From the IMG/VR virus record IMGVR_UViG_3300032305_002648: 64,000 nt of DNA; one strand, 5' to 3'. Position 1 is the stretch's first letter, and the number at the start of each line of letters is the position of its first letter. Positions 9,405-18,510 of this stretch are shown piece after piece. The position numbers and the translations under genes are program-made. The notes below the pieces were generated by a model. That model was not told the DNA's origin and did no database searches. It was given only the letters and a program-made list of their open reading frames with translations. The stretch comes from an uncultured virus (IMG/VR IMGVR_UViG_3300032305_002648) (Duplodnaviria; Heunggongvirae; Uroviricota; Caudoviricetes).

Positions 9405-10028
9405 ATGACTGTTGAATTTGTTCACTGCACTCCCAATGCAGAAGCTTTGATCGTTAAAATGGCTCGCGTTTCCAATCCAGAAAACGAAAGCAACTTAGCG
9501 ACTGCACCAAAACTACTGAGGTATCTGATTGATCACCAGCACTGGTCACCGTTTGAAATGTGTAGTCTTTGTGTAAAGATTGACACTGAACGTGACATCT
9601 CTGCGCAGATATTGCGCCATCGTTCATTTAGTTTCCAAGAATTTAGTACCAGGTATGCCCAGGTACAGGAACTTACTATTCCAAAATTGCGTAAACAGGA
9701 TTTAAAGAATAGACAAAATAGTACAAATGATCTTGATTTAGGTACAGTGGATGTTTTAACCGAAGAAATTATGACGTTATACACGCAAGCTAGCGAACTT
9801 TATCAAGACATGCTTGACAATGGTGTAGCTAAAGAATGTGCACGTCGCATTCTTCCGCTCAGTACACAAACTACTTTATATATGCATGGCACTTTGCGGT
9901 CGTGGATACATTACATCAATGTGCGTACTGATCCAGGTACACAGCTAGAGCATCGATTAATTGCAGAAAACTGCAAACAAATCTTCATTGAACAATTCCC
10001 TACTATTGGTGAGGCTGCATTCAAATGA
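9405..10028 (+). CDS. thyX: FAD-dependent thymidylate synthase
   Basis: HWSPFE, QILRHRSFSFQEFSTRY (RHRx7S motif), ECARRILP, Q.EHR. Confidence 0.98.
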   Translation: MTVEFVHCTPNAEALIVKMARVSNPENESNLATAPKLLRYLIDHQHWSPFEMCSLCVKIDTERDISAQILRHRSFSFQEFSTRYAQVQELTIPKLRKQDLKNRQNSTNDLDLGTVDVLTEEIMTLYTQASELYQDMLDNGVAKECARRILPLSTQTTLYMHGTLRSWIHYINVRTDPGTQLEHRLIAENCKQIFIEQFPTIGEAAFK

Positions 10029-10336
10029 CTAATCAACAACACCCAATCACACCACCGCCTGGGTTGGTGGAACAGTGGCATTCCAACTCACCTCTTGATC
10101 GAGGTTTAACTCTTGCCACAAAAGCCGCCCAATGGGGTGCCGACCAGGAGCTGGAGGCGTGTTGCCAGGTGATTAAAACCAAGTACGGCGGTGGCAGCAG
10201 GCTCCGCGCCGCCCGCCGCCCCAAGCCGCCGAGCTTGAAGAAGCAGGCGCTGGCTGCGTTGGAGCGCCGCAAGTACATCATGGACGAGAAAGATCTTGAC
10301 ATTCTTTGCCGCGCCGTGGGGGCATTGCCCGAATGA
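10025..10336 (+). CDS. Hypothetical modular phage protein, paralogue of 2..394
   Basis: HPITPPP.LV.QW, AAQWGADQELEACC, AARRPKPPSLKKQALA. Confidence 0.85.
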   Translation: MTNQQHPITPPPGLVEQWHSNSPLDRGLTLATKAAQWGADQELEACCQVIKTKYGGGSRLRAARRPKPPSLKKQALAALERRKYIMDEKDLDILCRAVGALPE

Positions 10337-10491
10337 TTGAATTTATCTTAGTTTATTCGTTCTTTGGTTCTTGTATGTTTGCAGCTTCTTCCGCTGAGGC
10401 TCATGAGCCAACTTCACTAGGACTTTTGCTTGTAAGTTTATTCTGGCCTTGGTTTCTTGTAACTACTTTATTTCAAAGGATAATCAAATGA
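10333..10491 (+). CDS. Small membrane protein
   Basis: Two hydrophobic segments; ATGA coupling at both ends. Confidence 0.6.
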   Translation: MIEFILVYSFFGSCMFAASSAEAHEPTSLGLLLVSLFWPWFLVTTLFQRIIK

Positions 10492-10688
10492 CTAAAGACC
10501 CGCATGACTTGCACGACCTGAAACTTCCAAACGGCGACTTTCTTTACTCCTATCCCAAAGTTACCCGAGTCGAACTCATCACCAACTGGGGCAGAGAAGT
10601 TGTTTATTTAGAATGCTCTAATGTCAAGGTAAGTTTGCAGGATAATGGGCAAACGATCAAAGTATTTCTCTCTTCCGTCGATGACTGA
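10488..10688 (+). CDS. Hypothetical phage protein
   Basis: VTRVELI...GRE...V.VSLQDNGQT.KVF; ATGA coupling. Confidence 0.7.
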   Translation: MTKDPHDLHDLKLPNGDFLYSYPKVTRVELITNWGREVVYLECSNVKVSLQDNGQTIKVFLSSVDD

Positions 10689-10866
10689 CCAAACTCCCAT
10701 CCACTGCTCCGGGTACTACGACGAACGGGGGCTTGCTTCCGTCATGCTCCGAATCCAATCTCACAACATCGTTGTTGAGAATCTTTCTCAACAAGATTTG
10801 CATGAGATCATGGGCTGCGTCTATGCTTTGCTTACCGCCAACGCTAACCTCACACAAGCACCATGA
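10681..10866 (+). CDS. Hypothetical protein
   Basis: Coupled to neighbours. Confidence 0.6.
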   Translation: MTDQTPIHCSGYYDERGLASVMLRIQSHNIVVENLSQQDLHEIMGCVYALLTANANLTQAP

Positions 10867-11291
10867 GCATTCAAGCCGCCCAAGCAAACAATCTTCCCAC
10901 CTGTCCTTCGTGCGGGAAGCGGGGTCTCCGCATCATCGAACACTCCAAAGAGAAGATCAGTGTTCGCCGCCGAAAAAAATGTGATTTCTGCGGTTACATG
11001 GAAACTACCCAGGAGGTGTCCCAAGATTTCTTTGCCCGCGCCAAGGAAAACGCGGCCATCGTCTACAACCTTACGAAAGTCCTCTACAGCCACGCGGTGG
11101 AAGAACTGGAGAAACCGACTACTGCTGTTGCGACAAAACTTCCTGAGATCCCTTGCGATACCTGCGGGCTCATGGGTAGCAACGGTTGCTCCTTTGGAAT
11201 CCCGGAAGCTGAGACAGAACAAGCAATCGGCTGCAACCTCTATGCCGAACGCTATGCCGAACGCAAAGAACAGAGCGAATTTGAAGAATGA
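10863..11291 (+). CDS. Zinc-ribbon protein with NrdR-like N-terminus and second Cys cluster
   Basis: CPSCG...RRRKKCDFCG...TTQE; C-terminal CDTC...C...C. Confidence 0.8.
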   Translation: MSIQAAQANNLPTCPSCGKRGLRIIEHSKEKISVRRRKKCDFCGYMETTQEVSQDFFARAKENAAIVYNLTKVLYSHAVEELEKPTTAVATKLPEIPCDTCGLMGSNGCSFGIPEAETEQAIGCNLYAERYAERKEQSEFEE

Positions 11292-11353
11292 TGAAGATAC
11301 CTTGAACCTTGCCCACTTCGCTGATAGGCTGACCTTGCCCCTTACCCCTCACC

Positions 11354-11611
11354 ATGCAGAATCCTGATCCAAGTTACACCCTCACAACAACCGGGATCTC
11401 TGTGCATCCCAAAGACGCAAATCCCTTCTTCTGTGTTGAAGCTACACACGTCACCCTTGATGATGAAGCTGGTGGTGCTTTCCTTGTTTTGACTCAATAC
11501 CCTGATGAAGAAATGTCCCCAGGGGTTGCCAAAATTAAAATTGATATTGCCGAATTTCCTTTGATCATAAAAGCCGTCAACAAGCTACTTGATCAAAAAC
11601 TTCCTGAATGA
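11354..11611 (+). CDS. Hypothetical phage protein
   Basis: Open frame, DDEAGG.F motif. Confidence 0.7.
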   Translation: MQNPDPSYTLTTTGISVHPKDANPFFCVEATHVTLDDEAGGAFLVLTQYPDEEMSPGVAKIKIDIAEFPLIIKAVNKLLDQKLPE

Positions 11612-11612
11612 T

Positions 11613-11738
11613 ATGCCATCATCACACGGAATTACTCTTGGAGGGGCCGCCCTTCTTTTATTTATTACTTTAAAGCTAACTCACACCATAGATTGGTCTT
11701 GGTGGTGGGTGCTTGTTCCCCTCTTACTTATTCCTTGA
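11613..11738 (+). CDS. Small phage membrane protein (41 aa, not in ORF track)
   Basis: LFITLKLTHTIDWSWWWVLVPL signature of a widespread small phage membrane family. Confidence 0.8.
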   Translation: MPSSHGITLGGAALLLFITLKLTHTIDWSWWWVLVPLLLIP

Positions 11739-11885
11739 AATTGCGGTGGGGTGGGGCCACACTGTGATCAGCAGCATGGCCCTTCGCTTACCTGCCCCAG
11801 GAAGCAACAGAAACTGGAGCACCCCTTAATAAAGTCCTGACGCTGCTCTTCTTCGGACCTCTGAAATTCTACCTCCACAACTCCC

Positions 11886-12068
11886 ATGGATTATCAACGC
11901 CACGCTGAAAAGATGGCCGAAGCCATCGAAGAATACCTGGCAGTGCCAGGGGAACGTGAACCCTTAATCGGCCTTTGTAATGCGCTAAGCAACTACAAAC
12001 AAGCCAAGAAAGGTAACCCCGACATCGGCAATTATGTTGATCAAATGCGTAGGAGTGCTGCGCTATGA
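11886..12068 (+). CDS. Hypothetical protein
   Basis: ATG; ATGA coupling to next gene. Confidence 0.65.
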   Translation: MDYQRHAEKMAEAIEEYLAVPGEREPLIGLCNALSNYKQAKKGNPDIGNYVDQMRRSAAL

Positions 12069-12328
12069 CCCCCAAATACATTGATCCAAGAAAAGAACCA
12101 AACAAATGGTTGATTGCAGTTTTGAGTCGTGCCGTTGATGATGGCGATCAAGATGCCAAGGAAGCCCTCAAAGAAGCACATCGACTTTTGATTAGTTGGC
12201 TAGAACCATCGATAGTAGATTCGTTATTTGATCATTGGATAACTCCTTACTGTTCCCTTTTGGACGAACACAAAAGCAATCGTAGTAACGAGAACCCGCC
12301 GTGTTCGCCAGCGGATCAGCCGGAATGA
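12065..12328 (+). CDS. Hypothetical protein
   Basis: Coupled start; 3' end overlaps convergent gene. Confidence 0.6.
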   Translation: MTPKYIDPRKEPNKWLIAVLSRAVDDGDQDAKEALKEAHRLLISWLEPSIVDSLFDHWITPYCSLLDEHKSNRSNENPPCSPADQPE

Positions 12329-12791
12329 TCGGTGTTACGTCAAATAGTTCCCGGATGGTGTCATCTGAATAGGGTGGCCGGTACCAGAAGAACTTCTTCT
12401 CATGGAAATCAATGACCCATTCGGGGTGATGTCGATGCCACCGAGACCAAGTCTTAAATTGTTGTTCTGGTTTTGCACTGGTGCAATCCAAAAACAAAAC
12501 ATCGCCGCCCTCAATGTTCCATCGAATCCTTAAGACTTCATTAAACCCCGCAATGATAGTTTTGATCCCTTGATTCCCCAGTAGTTTTTTATCCAATTTT
12601 CTCCTGCGTTTGTTCTTGCGCTTATGGTACCAATCTCTTTGCTCGCGTGGTGAGCCACCGACGACGAAACCCACACCCCAAACCCAGTGGCCTAGAGTGT
12701 ACTCGTGTAGCGGTTCAAGAAAAATACGACAGCGCTGGTCACCAACTATAAAAGTGCTGGTTTTGAATTTGCGTTTTGGGCGGTAAGTCAC
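12192..12791 (-). CDS. Hypothetical basic protein
   Basis: 199 aa ORF; GTG overlaps HNH stop (GTGA). Confidence 0.7.
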   Translation of the reverse strand: MTYRPKRKFKTSTFIVGDQRCRIFLEPLHEYTLGHWVWGVGFVVGGSPREQRDWYHKRKNKRRRKLDKKLLGNQGIKTIIAGFNEVLRIRWNIEGGDVLFLDCTSAKPEQQFKTWSRWHRHHPEWVIDFHEKKFFWYRPPYSDDTIRELFDVTPIIPADPLANTAGSRYYDCFCVRPKGNSKELSNDQITNLLSMVLAN

Positions 12792-13339
12792 GTACTTTTT
12801 TCAAGTGTGTTCAGCTTAGCAAACTCCCCAAAAAATTTGATAGCGGCTTCGTTGTAAGCTTTTGCTGCATCTATTTCATTGGTGAAATAACCAAGATAAA
12901 ACGCTTTACCTTGAAAACTTATATCGGCCTTCCATTTGCAATCTTTTTTATTCCATGAAACCCCTTTGTATGTACTGCTGCATTTTTTCCCTGCATATTT
13001 TTTGTTCTTTTCCCTATTCCCACCATTTTCGGATGTAGTCGCCAAACGCAAAATAATGTTATTTGACCGGCACACCACATGATCCACTTTGGAATGCCCT
13101 GGATCTTGTTTTGTTTGCAAAAAATACACAATTCTGTGAGTGTTGTACACCCGTGGTTTATCTGTTTTAACGCCTACTCTCCAGTATCCATTGTGATTTT
13201 TTCTTCCTGCTATGTCCCCGGCTTTAACATTTCTGGCTCTAGGAGACTGCCATCGCAGGCCACTTGGGGAATCAGCGCAGATTTCAAAAAGTTCTTGGAG
13301 CAGCCCCAGAGGGGGCAGGGGTTTTGCTAGATTTGACAT
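12788..13339 (-). CDS. HNH-AP2 homing endonuclease-like protein (copy 2)
   Basis: Paralogue of 3838..4380; start at ATG 13339 by alignment. Confidence 0.92.
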   Translation of the reverse strand: MSNLAKPLPPLGLLQELFEICADSPSGLRWQSPRARNVKAGDIAGRKNHNGYWRVGVKTDKPRVYNTHRIVYFLQTKQDPGHSKVDHVVCRSNNIILRLATTSENGGNREKNKKYAGKKCSSTYKGVSWNKKDCKWKADISFQGKAFYLGYFTNEIDAAKAYNEAAIKFFGEFAKLNTLEKST

Positions 13340-13405
13340 GTGACCTGTAATCGAGGTTGCCGGGGGCGGGAGGGTGCGAACCTCGCCGTCCCACAAATTT
13401 TAACA
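13340..13405 (-). promoter_or_regulatory. Extended -10 promoter plus structured leader of HNH-AP2 copy 2
   Basis: TGtTAAAAT...GGGACGGCGAGG-TTCGCAC-CCTCCCGCCC...ACAGGTCAC-ATG on - strand. Confidence 0.8.
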
Positions 13406-13467
13406 TAGTTTGTCCTGCCGTTCAGGGTTTTTGGGTTTAAAGTGGCTGCAACAACCGTCGTAAAACG

Positions 13468-13752
13468 ATGAATGATTTAATTGAAATGATTCAGCGGGAT
13501 GCTGAGCTATATGAAATAGTGGAGCAGCTGAAACATCAAGATGACAGCTTGGAAGATTTTCTGCTGAATGTGGCAAATATGCTCAGTATCGAATTCCAAG
13601 AGCTGCATCGAACGGATTTGGCGGACAAACTATCGGCTCTGTTTGGTGGACTTCCCCCCAAAGCTTTTGCTATGGTGCCCACGCTTGTTCATATTGCCTT
13701 GGACATCTTTCTGCTCAAGGCAATTCCCGATCACAAAAGTATCAGGAATTGA
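13468..13752 (+). CDS. Hypothetical protein
   Basis: First gene of polymerase cluster. Confidence 0.75.
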   Translation: MNDLIEMIQRDAELYEIVEQLKHQDDSLEDFLLNVANMLSIEFQELHRTDLADKLSALFGGLPPKAFAMVPTLVHIALDIFLLKAIPDHKSIRN

Positions 13753-13754
13753 AT

Positions 13755-13991
13755 ATGCAAAGAGGTTTTGTCCTATGCGATGCCAACCTAGAGCATGTGC
13801 TGTGCTTGAACCCCGATAAAGATGGGTTCCAGCTCGAAGAAGTGGTTGATACTCGTACACTGAATCGGGCGTTATGTCTGTTTGACGTTACCGAAGCGAA
13901 AAATGTGTACACAAGGGTGGAGGCGCATGCAGAAGACGATTTGAATTTAGAAATCGTTAATGTTGCCCGCCTCTACAAGAAGTTTTTCTAA
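13755..13991 (+). CDS. Hypothetical protein
   Basis: TAATG coupling to polymerase. Confidence 0.75.
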   Translation: MQRGFVLCDANLEHVLCLNPDKDGFQLEEVVDTRTLNRALCLFDVTEAKNVYTRVEAHAEDDLNLEIVNVARLYKKFF

Positions 13992-15835
13992 TGAAATACG
14001 TCCTAGATCTGGAAACCAATGGATTGCTCCACCAGCTGGATCGCGTTCACTGCTTGGTTTTACGCCACGTAGAAACCGGAGAGGTGATCTCGTGTGCAAA
14101 CCAACCTGGCCACCCCAGTATCGAGGCAGGTCTAAATTACATTGCCGAGGCTAAGCTGCTGGTGGGCCATAACCTGCTGAAGTTTGACCTTCCAGTTCTA
14201 CGCAAGCTGTATCCGAATCTTGTATTGAGACCGGATTGCGACGTGTACGACACATTGGTGGTCAGCCGCCTGCTGTTTCCAGAGATCGAATCTGAAGATG
14301 AGTCCAAATATTCTCATATTGAAGCCAAGTACAAGGGGCGCCATAGCTTAGCGGCCTGGGGGGAAAGACTTGGTACCTCAAAAATCAAGTTCAAAAATGA
14401 AACTCCCCTGGCGCCCGGCGAAAAAGTATGGGATAACTGGTCCCCCGCCATGCAGACCTACTGTGAAGGCGATACCCTGGTCAGTCTAGAGCTGTACAAT
14501 TACATGCTCACCCAGGAGATCGATCCTCGTGCCTTTGAGCTGGAGCATGAATTCTGCCGTATCATGGCGGAACAGGAGAAATTTGGGTTTCCCTTCAATG
14601 AAAAGGCCGCATATGCTCTCGTTAATGTCCTCAAATCTCGGCGGACTGAGATCGACGATCAGCTCCAAGAAGTTTTTCCTCCTATTAAGGAAGAACGTAT
14701 CTCCGCTAAAACAGGGAAGCACCTTAAAACCAAGATCACCGTATTTAACCCAGGGTCCAGACAGCAGACAGCGGAGCGTTTGCAGTTACGTTACCCCGAA
14801 ATTGTTTTTGGGTCTACGGAAAAAGGTAATGTCAAAGTTGATGATGATGTTCTTGAAAAATTAGGAGAGAAGTATCCCGAAGCGAAAATCCTTGCCGAGT
14901 ATCAGTTACTCAACAAACGACTTGGCCAGATTGTCGATGGCAAGGAGTCTTGGTTACATCATTGCCGCGTCTACGGTGATGGTCGCATCCACGGCAATGT
15001 TAATACAAACTCCTGCGTCAGTGGTCGGGTTTCCCACAGCTCTCCAAACGTCTCTCAGGTGCCTAGTGTGGGTGCACCCTTCGGTGCTGAGTGCCGTGCC
15101 TTGTTCTACGCACCAGAGGGGTGGGACTTAGTTGGGGCTGATGCTTCTGGTTTGGAGTTGCGGGCCTTGGCTGCTTGGCTTGCTTACTTTGATGATGGTG
15201 TTTATGCTGGCCTGGTCAGTGATCCAACTGTTGATATCCATAGCCATAATGCAGCATTATTTGGATTGTATGATCCCGCCAGTGGGACAATCCCTAAGTC
15301 AGCACGAGATCTATCCAAAAGATTGACGTTCGGCGTACTGTATGGTGCTGGTGTGAAGAAAGCAGGCAGCATCATCTGCCCAGAAGCCCGAGAGGATGAG
15401 CAATATAGGCAGGGAAAAGTAACAATTGATACATTTTATGTGAATTTGCCTGCTATCAAGAAGCTCAAAGACTTGATCGATCGGCGCATCACGCAGAATG
15501 GTCACCTCATCGGTATTGATGGTCGCAAGTTATTGATTCGCTCCAGGCACTCAGCTTTGAATCAATTGCTACAATCCACTGGTGCGATCCTAATGAAGAA
15601 GGCTACCTGTATCTTCTGGGATACGGTAACCAAGGCTGGCTTGGTTCCGGGAGATGATTTCCAGCCAGTTGGCTACTTCCACGATGAACTCCAAGTCCTG
15701 TCGCTACCGCAGCATTCAGAGTTTATTGCAAAAAGTATCGTGGATGGTATTCGTCGGTCCGGTGAATACTTTGAATTGAAATGTCCATTTACTGGTGAGT
15801 ACAGGATCGGGAAGAACTGGGAGCAAACGCACTGA
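13991..15835 (+). CDS. polA: Family A DNA polymerase (T7-like) with 3'-5' exonuclease
   Basis: DLETNG, GHN...FD exonuclease motifs; DASGLELR, R..SK...FGVLYG, HDE polymerase motifs. Confidence 0.98.
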   Translation: MKYVLDLETNGLLHQLDRVHCLVLRHVETGEVISCANQPGHPSIEAGLNYIAEAKLLVGHNLLKFDLPVLRKLYPNLVLRPDCDVYDTLVVSRLLFPEIESEDESKYSHIEAKYKGRHSLAAWGERLGTSKIKFKNETPLAPGEKVWDNWSPAMQTYCEGDTLVSLELYNYMLTQEIDPRAFELEHEFCRIMAEQEKFGFPFNEKAAYALVNVLKSRRTEIDDQLQEVFPPIKEERISAKTGKHLKTKITVFNPGSRQQTAERLQLRYPEIVFGSTEKGNVKVDDDVLEKLGEKYPEAKILAEYQLLNKRLGQIVDGKESWLHHCRVYGDGRIHGNVNTNSCVSGRVSHSSPNVSQVPSVGAPFGAECRALFYAPEGWDLVGADASGLELRALAAWLAYFDDGVYAGLVSDPTVDIHSHNAALFGLYDPASGTIPKSARDLSKRLTFGVLYGAGVKKAGSIICPEAREDEQYRQGKVTIDTFYVNLPAIKKLKDLIDRRITQNGHLIGIDGRKLLIRSRHSALNQLLQSTGAILMKKATCIFWDTVTKAGLVPGDDFQPVGYFHDELQVLSLPQHSEFIAKSIVDGIRRSGEYFELKCPFTGEYRIGKNWEQTH

Positions 15836-15904
15836 GGTATTGATAAATCGTAATGGCAGCCATGCTGGTCATGCGGTACGCTGGGTCCGTCCCGCATCCA
15901 ACCC

Positions 15905-16075
15905 ATGGACGCAACAAACGAAAACTGCATCCGCGCCTCACTCCATACCTTGGACAATGAGGAATTGCAAGAGATGAGCGACCAACTGACTAAGTTCATC
16001 AATGTTTTAATTGGTCGCCAGGTGATCATTGAAGAAGTCATCCTTGAAAGGCTTGAGGCCTCCTTTGCTAAATGA
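15905..16075 (+). CDS. Small hypothetical protein (56 aa, not in ORF track)
   Basis: MDATNENCIR...EASFAK; ATGA coupling to deaminase. Confidence 0.7.
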   Translation: MDATNENCIRASLHTLDNEELQEMSDQLTKFINVLIGRQVIIEEVILERLEASFAK

Positions 16076-16521
16076 ACTTTGAGGAGGAGAAGTGGCACAT
16101 TCGCTTTTTGCGAATAGCGAATGAAATTGCTACCTGGAGTAGGGACCCTAGTACCAAGGTTGGTTGTGTCCTTGTCAAAGACAAGAAGATAATCAGCACC
16201 GGGTATAACGGATTTCCAAAAAACATCAGCGATGATTTAAATCGCTTGAATAACCGTGACTTCAAGTATGAAGCAACCATTCATGCCGAGACTAATGCCA
16301 TCATCACTGCAGCACTCCACGGTATTTCCACGGAGGGTGCTGCTGCTTATACAACTTTTCATCCTTGCAGTCGGTGTGCTGCTGCTTTGATCAATGCTGG
16401 GGTGGCCGAGGTCTTCGTCAGCGCCAGGGGGGCAATCCCTGAGAGGTGGCTGGAGAACTTCCTATTGGCTGCTAAGCTCTTCGAGGAGGCAAGCGTTGGC
16501 CTCCACACGATCGACCATTAA
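16072..16521 (+). CDS. dCMP deaminase (ComEB-like)
   Basis: SRDPSTKVG, GYNG, HAE, PC..C motifs. Confidence 0.97.
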   Translation: MNFEEEKWHIRFLRIANEIATWSRDPSTKVGCVLVKDKKIISTGYNGFPKNISDDLNRLNNRDFKYEATIHAETNAIITAALHGISTEGAAAYTTFHPCSRCAAALINAGVAEVFVSARGAIPERWLENFLLAAKLFEEASVGLHTIDH

Positions 16522-16542
16522 CCCACCAAATCTAAAGCAAAC

Positions 16543-17232
16543 ATGAACACACTATTGGCAACCGGTACCTACAAGGGCGAGCATTTTACGGACAGCGGTT
16601 TGCGTTTTATGCAATTCAACCTGCCCGGTCACAAGGGAAAGGAGAGCGCAGAGGTTCCTCTCTATGTTGTCCCTAACCGTGCAGCAGGAGAAACATTTGA
16701 TGTATTTCAGCCTGGGGTGAAGCTGCTGATCAGTGGCCGGCTATACCCCAATCGCCAAGACTACAAGATGTATTTGGTGCCAAATCAGCCCATCCAGGTT
16801 TTTGGCGGCCCCGTCATCAATGTAGTGCATCTTGCTGGTGGCGTTGGCTTTATCAACGAGAGGACACGCGAAGAGCTTCTGGCTTTCAGTTTGATGTGTT
16901 CTGCACCAGGGCAAACCCTGTTGAACCATAGCTGGGACGATAGCCTTAGCTTTAAGATGGTGGCATGGCATGATGATGCGCGTCGGCTGGAGCAATTGAT
17001 CCATGTTGGACGCCAGATGTCGTTGGAAGCTACGTTGCGGTACAACACCTGGACATCAAAAGAAGGGCAGGAGCGTGGATCCTACCAATTCCATGTACGG
17101 TCTGGACTTTATAGTGTCTTTGGCAAGAATAAGAACCGCCAAGAAAGTGCTGAAGAAACACCTGCTGTGCGGCCTAGTGTGGTGAAGCGGGCGACGGTTA
17201 CCGTAACCGACGAAGATAAGATCCCCATGTAA
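16543..17232 (+). CDS. Single-stranded DNA-binding protein, probably two OB folds
   Basis: L.V.G.L / LRYNTWTSKEGQER OB-fold pattern; acidic tail DEDKIPM. Confidence 0.75.
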   Translation: MNTLLATGTYKGEHFTDSGLRFMQFNLPGHKGKESAEVPLYVVPNRAAGETFDVFQPGVKLLISGRLYPNRQDYKMYLVPNQPIQVFGGPVINVVHLAGGVGFINERTREELLAFSLMCSAPGQTLLNHSWDDSLSFKMVAWHDDARRLEQLIHVGRQMSLEATLRYNTWTSKEGQERGSYQFHVRSGLYSVFGKNKNRQESAEETPAVRPSVVKRATVTVTDEDKIPM

Positions 17233-17236
17233 GGAA

Positions 17237-17271
17237 TAACCTTTAATAAGAAATTCCCTTATTAAAGGTTA
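17237..17271. repeat. Perfect 14 bp inverted repeat
   Basis: taacctttaataag-aaattcc-cttattaaaggtta. Confidence 0.9.
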
Positions 17272-17348
17272 AAATTTACTGGTTTAATTAACACGATTGA
17301 AGCAACATGTAAAAAAACGTTACAAAGTGTTTCTTATTGTGTACAATT

Positions 17349-17390
17349 GGAGCAACTTGTAAAAAAACTTTACAGGTTGCTCCTTTTTTT
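17349..17390 (+). terminator. Intrinsic terminator
   Basis: ggagcaacttgtaaa...tttacaggttgctcc followed by T7. Confidence 0.85.
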
Positions 17391-17447
17391 GTGCCCACAG
17401 TGGCCTAGGCTGATACCGGTCGGCCAGTGGAATGTTCGACCTTTTCT

Positions 17448-17516
17448 CCCCGCGTCGTCACCAGCTGGAGCCGAAGCCCAAATGCTGTACGGGTTTAACT
17501 CCCGTGGCGGGGACCA
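17448..17516 (+). ncRNA. D-armless tRNA-like structure ending in encoded CCA
   Basis: CCCCGC/GCGGGG acceptor-like stem, ACGGG-TTTAACT-CCCGT T-arm, A-CCA end. Confidence 0.55.
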
Positions 17517-17541
17517 TCCTCGATCCCAACGTACCTGAACC

Positions 17542-18468
17542 ATGCCAAGCGTACTTGACCGTTACTTGAACACCGAAAAATATCAAGGTGTCATGCGTGA
17601 TCTTGTCAATGCACAGATCCTTAATGACAAAAGCCAGTCAGGCTTATTCCTGAAAGATACAGCACTCTCCCGTATTGGCTGGACCGGAAATGTTAAGCAG
17701 TTTCCTGATGCCAAGGAGTACACCCATGTGTACAACAATGGCGACAAGAACGAAGGGCTCTTCTTTAAGTCCCCACGGATGATTGTGATCCATTGCGGTT
17801 TTCGTAAGGATGTCACCTTTATTGAAAACTCCAAGGAAAGCGCCATCGAGGGCATGTACCCCCGTGACTCTGCCCTCTACGACAAGTGGGAGGAAGAGAA
17901 CCCCGGTCAGCCCAGCCCCTACCGTCGTCGTCGCTTGGTCCTGATCTTCCTTGTGGATGCCAATGGGGTTGCAGTCCACAAAAAGCCGTTGATTCTATCG
18001 ATCCATGGTGGCGCATCCAACCTGTTCTGTGATGCTTACCAGAACTTTATTGAGCAACTGGAGTCTGCCTTTGCTGACGCCATGGGGTTGAAGGCTGCCA
18101 CCGGATTTGACCCCAAGCAAACCGCTGCTGCGATCTTTACTCCTACGTTCGGCTCCCAGCTGTACGGCGGTGAGAAGGCCAAGAGCTGGATCAGCTACCC
18201 CGAGTCCTGGGTTGTTCCTACTGCTAAGACTGTTGGCGATTTCTTCCCCAAGAAAGAGGAAGACATCAACTTTATCGAAGACGTGTGGACGACCTGCCCT
18301 CCCACTATTTACGCCGCCAGCTTCTTTGCGCAGTGCGCCCAGGAGCTTGGAGTGCATGCCCTGAAGCCTGGTGTGGACCTAAACTTGCCACCGATTGAAT
18401 CAAGTGGTGGTAGCACCCGCGCTTTGCTTGGTGCCAGGGACGCTGATACAGGGGAAATCAACTTCTGA
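17542..18468 (+). CDS. Hypothetical protein, candidate ssDNA-annealing or replication factor
   Basis: 308 aa, own leader and terminator; C-terminal DADTGEINF tail like phage recombination proteins. Confidence 0.7.
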   Translation: MPSVLDRYLNTEKYQGVMRDLVNAQILNDKSQSGLFLKDTALSRIGWTGNVKQFPDAKEYTHVYNNGDKNEGLFFKSPRMIVIHCGFRKDVTFIENSKESAIEGMYPRDSALYDKWEEENPGQPSPYRRRRLVLIFLVDANGVAVHKKPLILSIHGGASNLFCDAYQNFIEQLESAFADAMGLKAATGFDPKQTAAAIFTPTFGSQLYGGEKAKSWISYPESWVVPTAKTVGDFFPKKEEDINFIEDVWTTCPPTIYAASFFAQCAQELGVHALKPGVDLNLPPIESSGGSTRALLGARDADTGEINF

Positions 18469-18474
18469 TCTTGT

Positions 18475-18501
18475 GGGGGAGGTAACACTCCCCCTTTTTT
18501 T
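18475..18501 (+). terminator. Intrinsic terminator
   Basis: gggggag-gtaaca-ctccccc followed by T run. Confidence 0.9.
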
Positions 18502-18510
18502 ATGAGTTGA

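Noticed and set aside
13991..15835. Intein or intron in the DNA polymerase
   Set aside because: Continuous 614 aa frame with normally spaced motifs.
17290..17390. Mini CRISPR array
   Set aside because: Only two diverged copies about 50 nt apart, the second a terminator; no spacer series.
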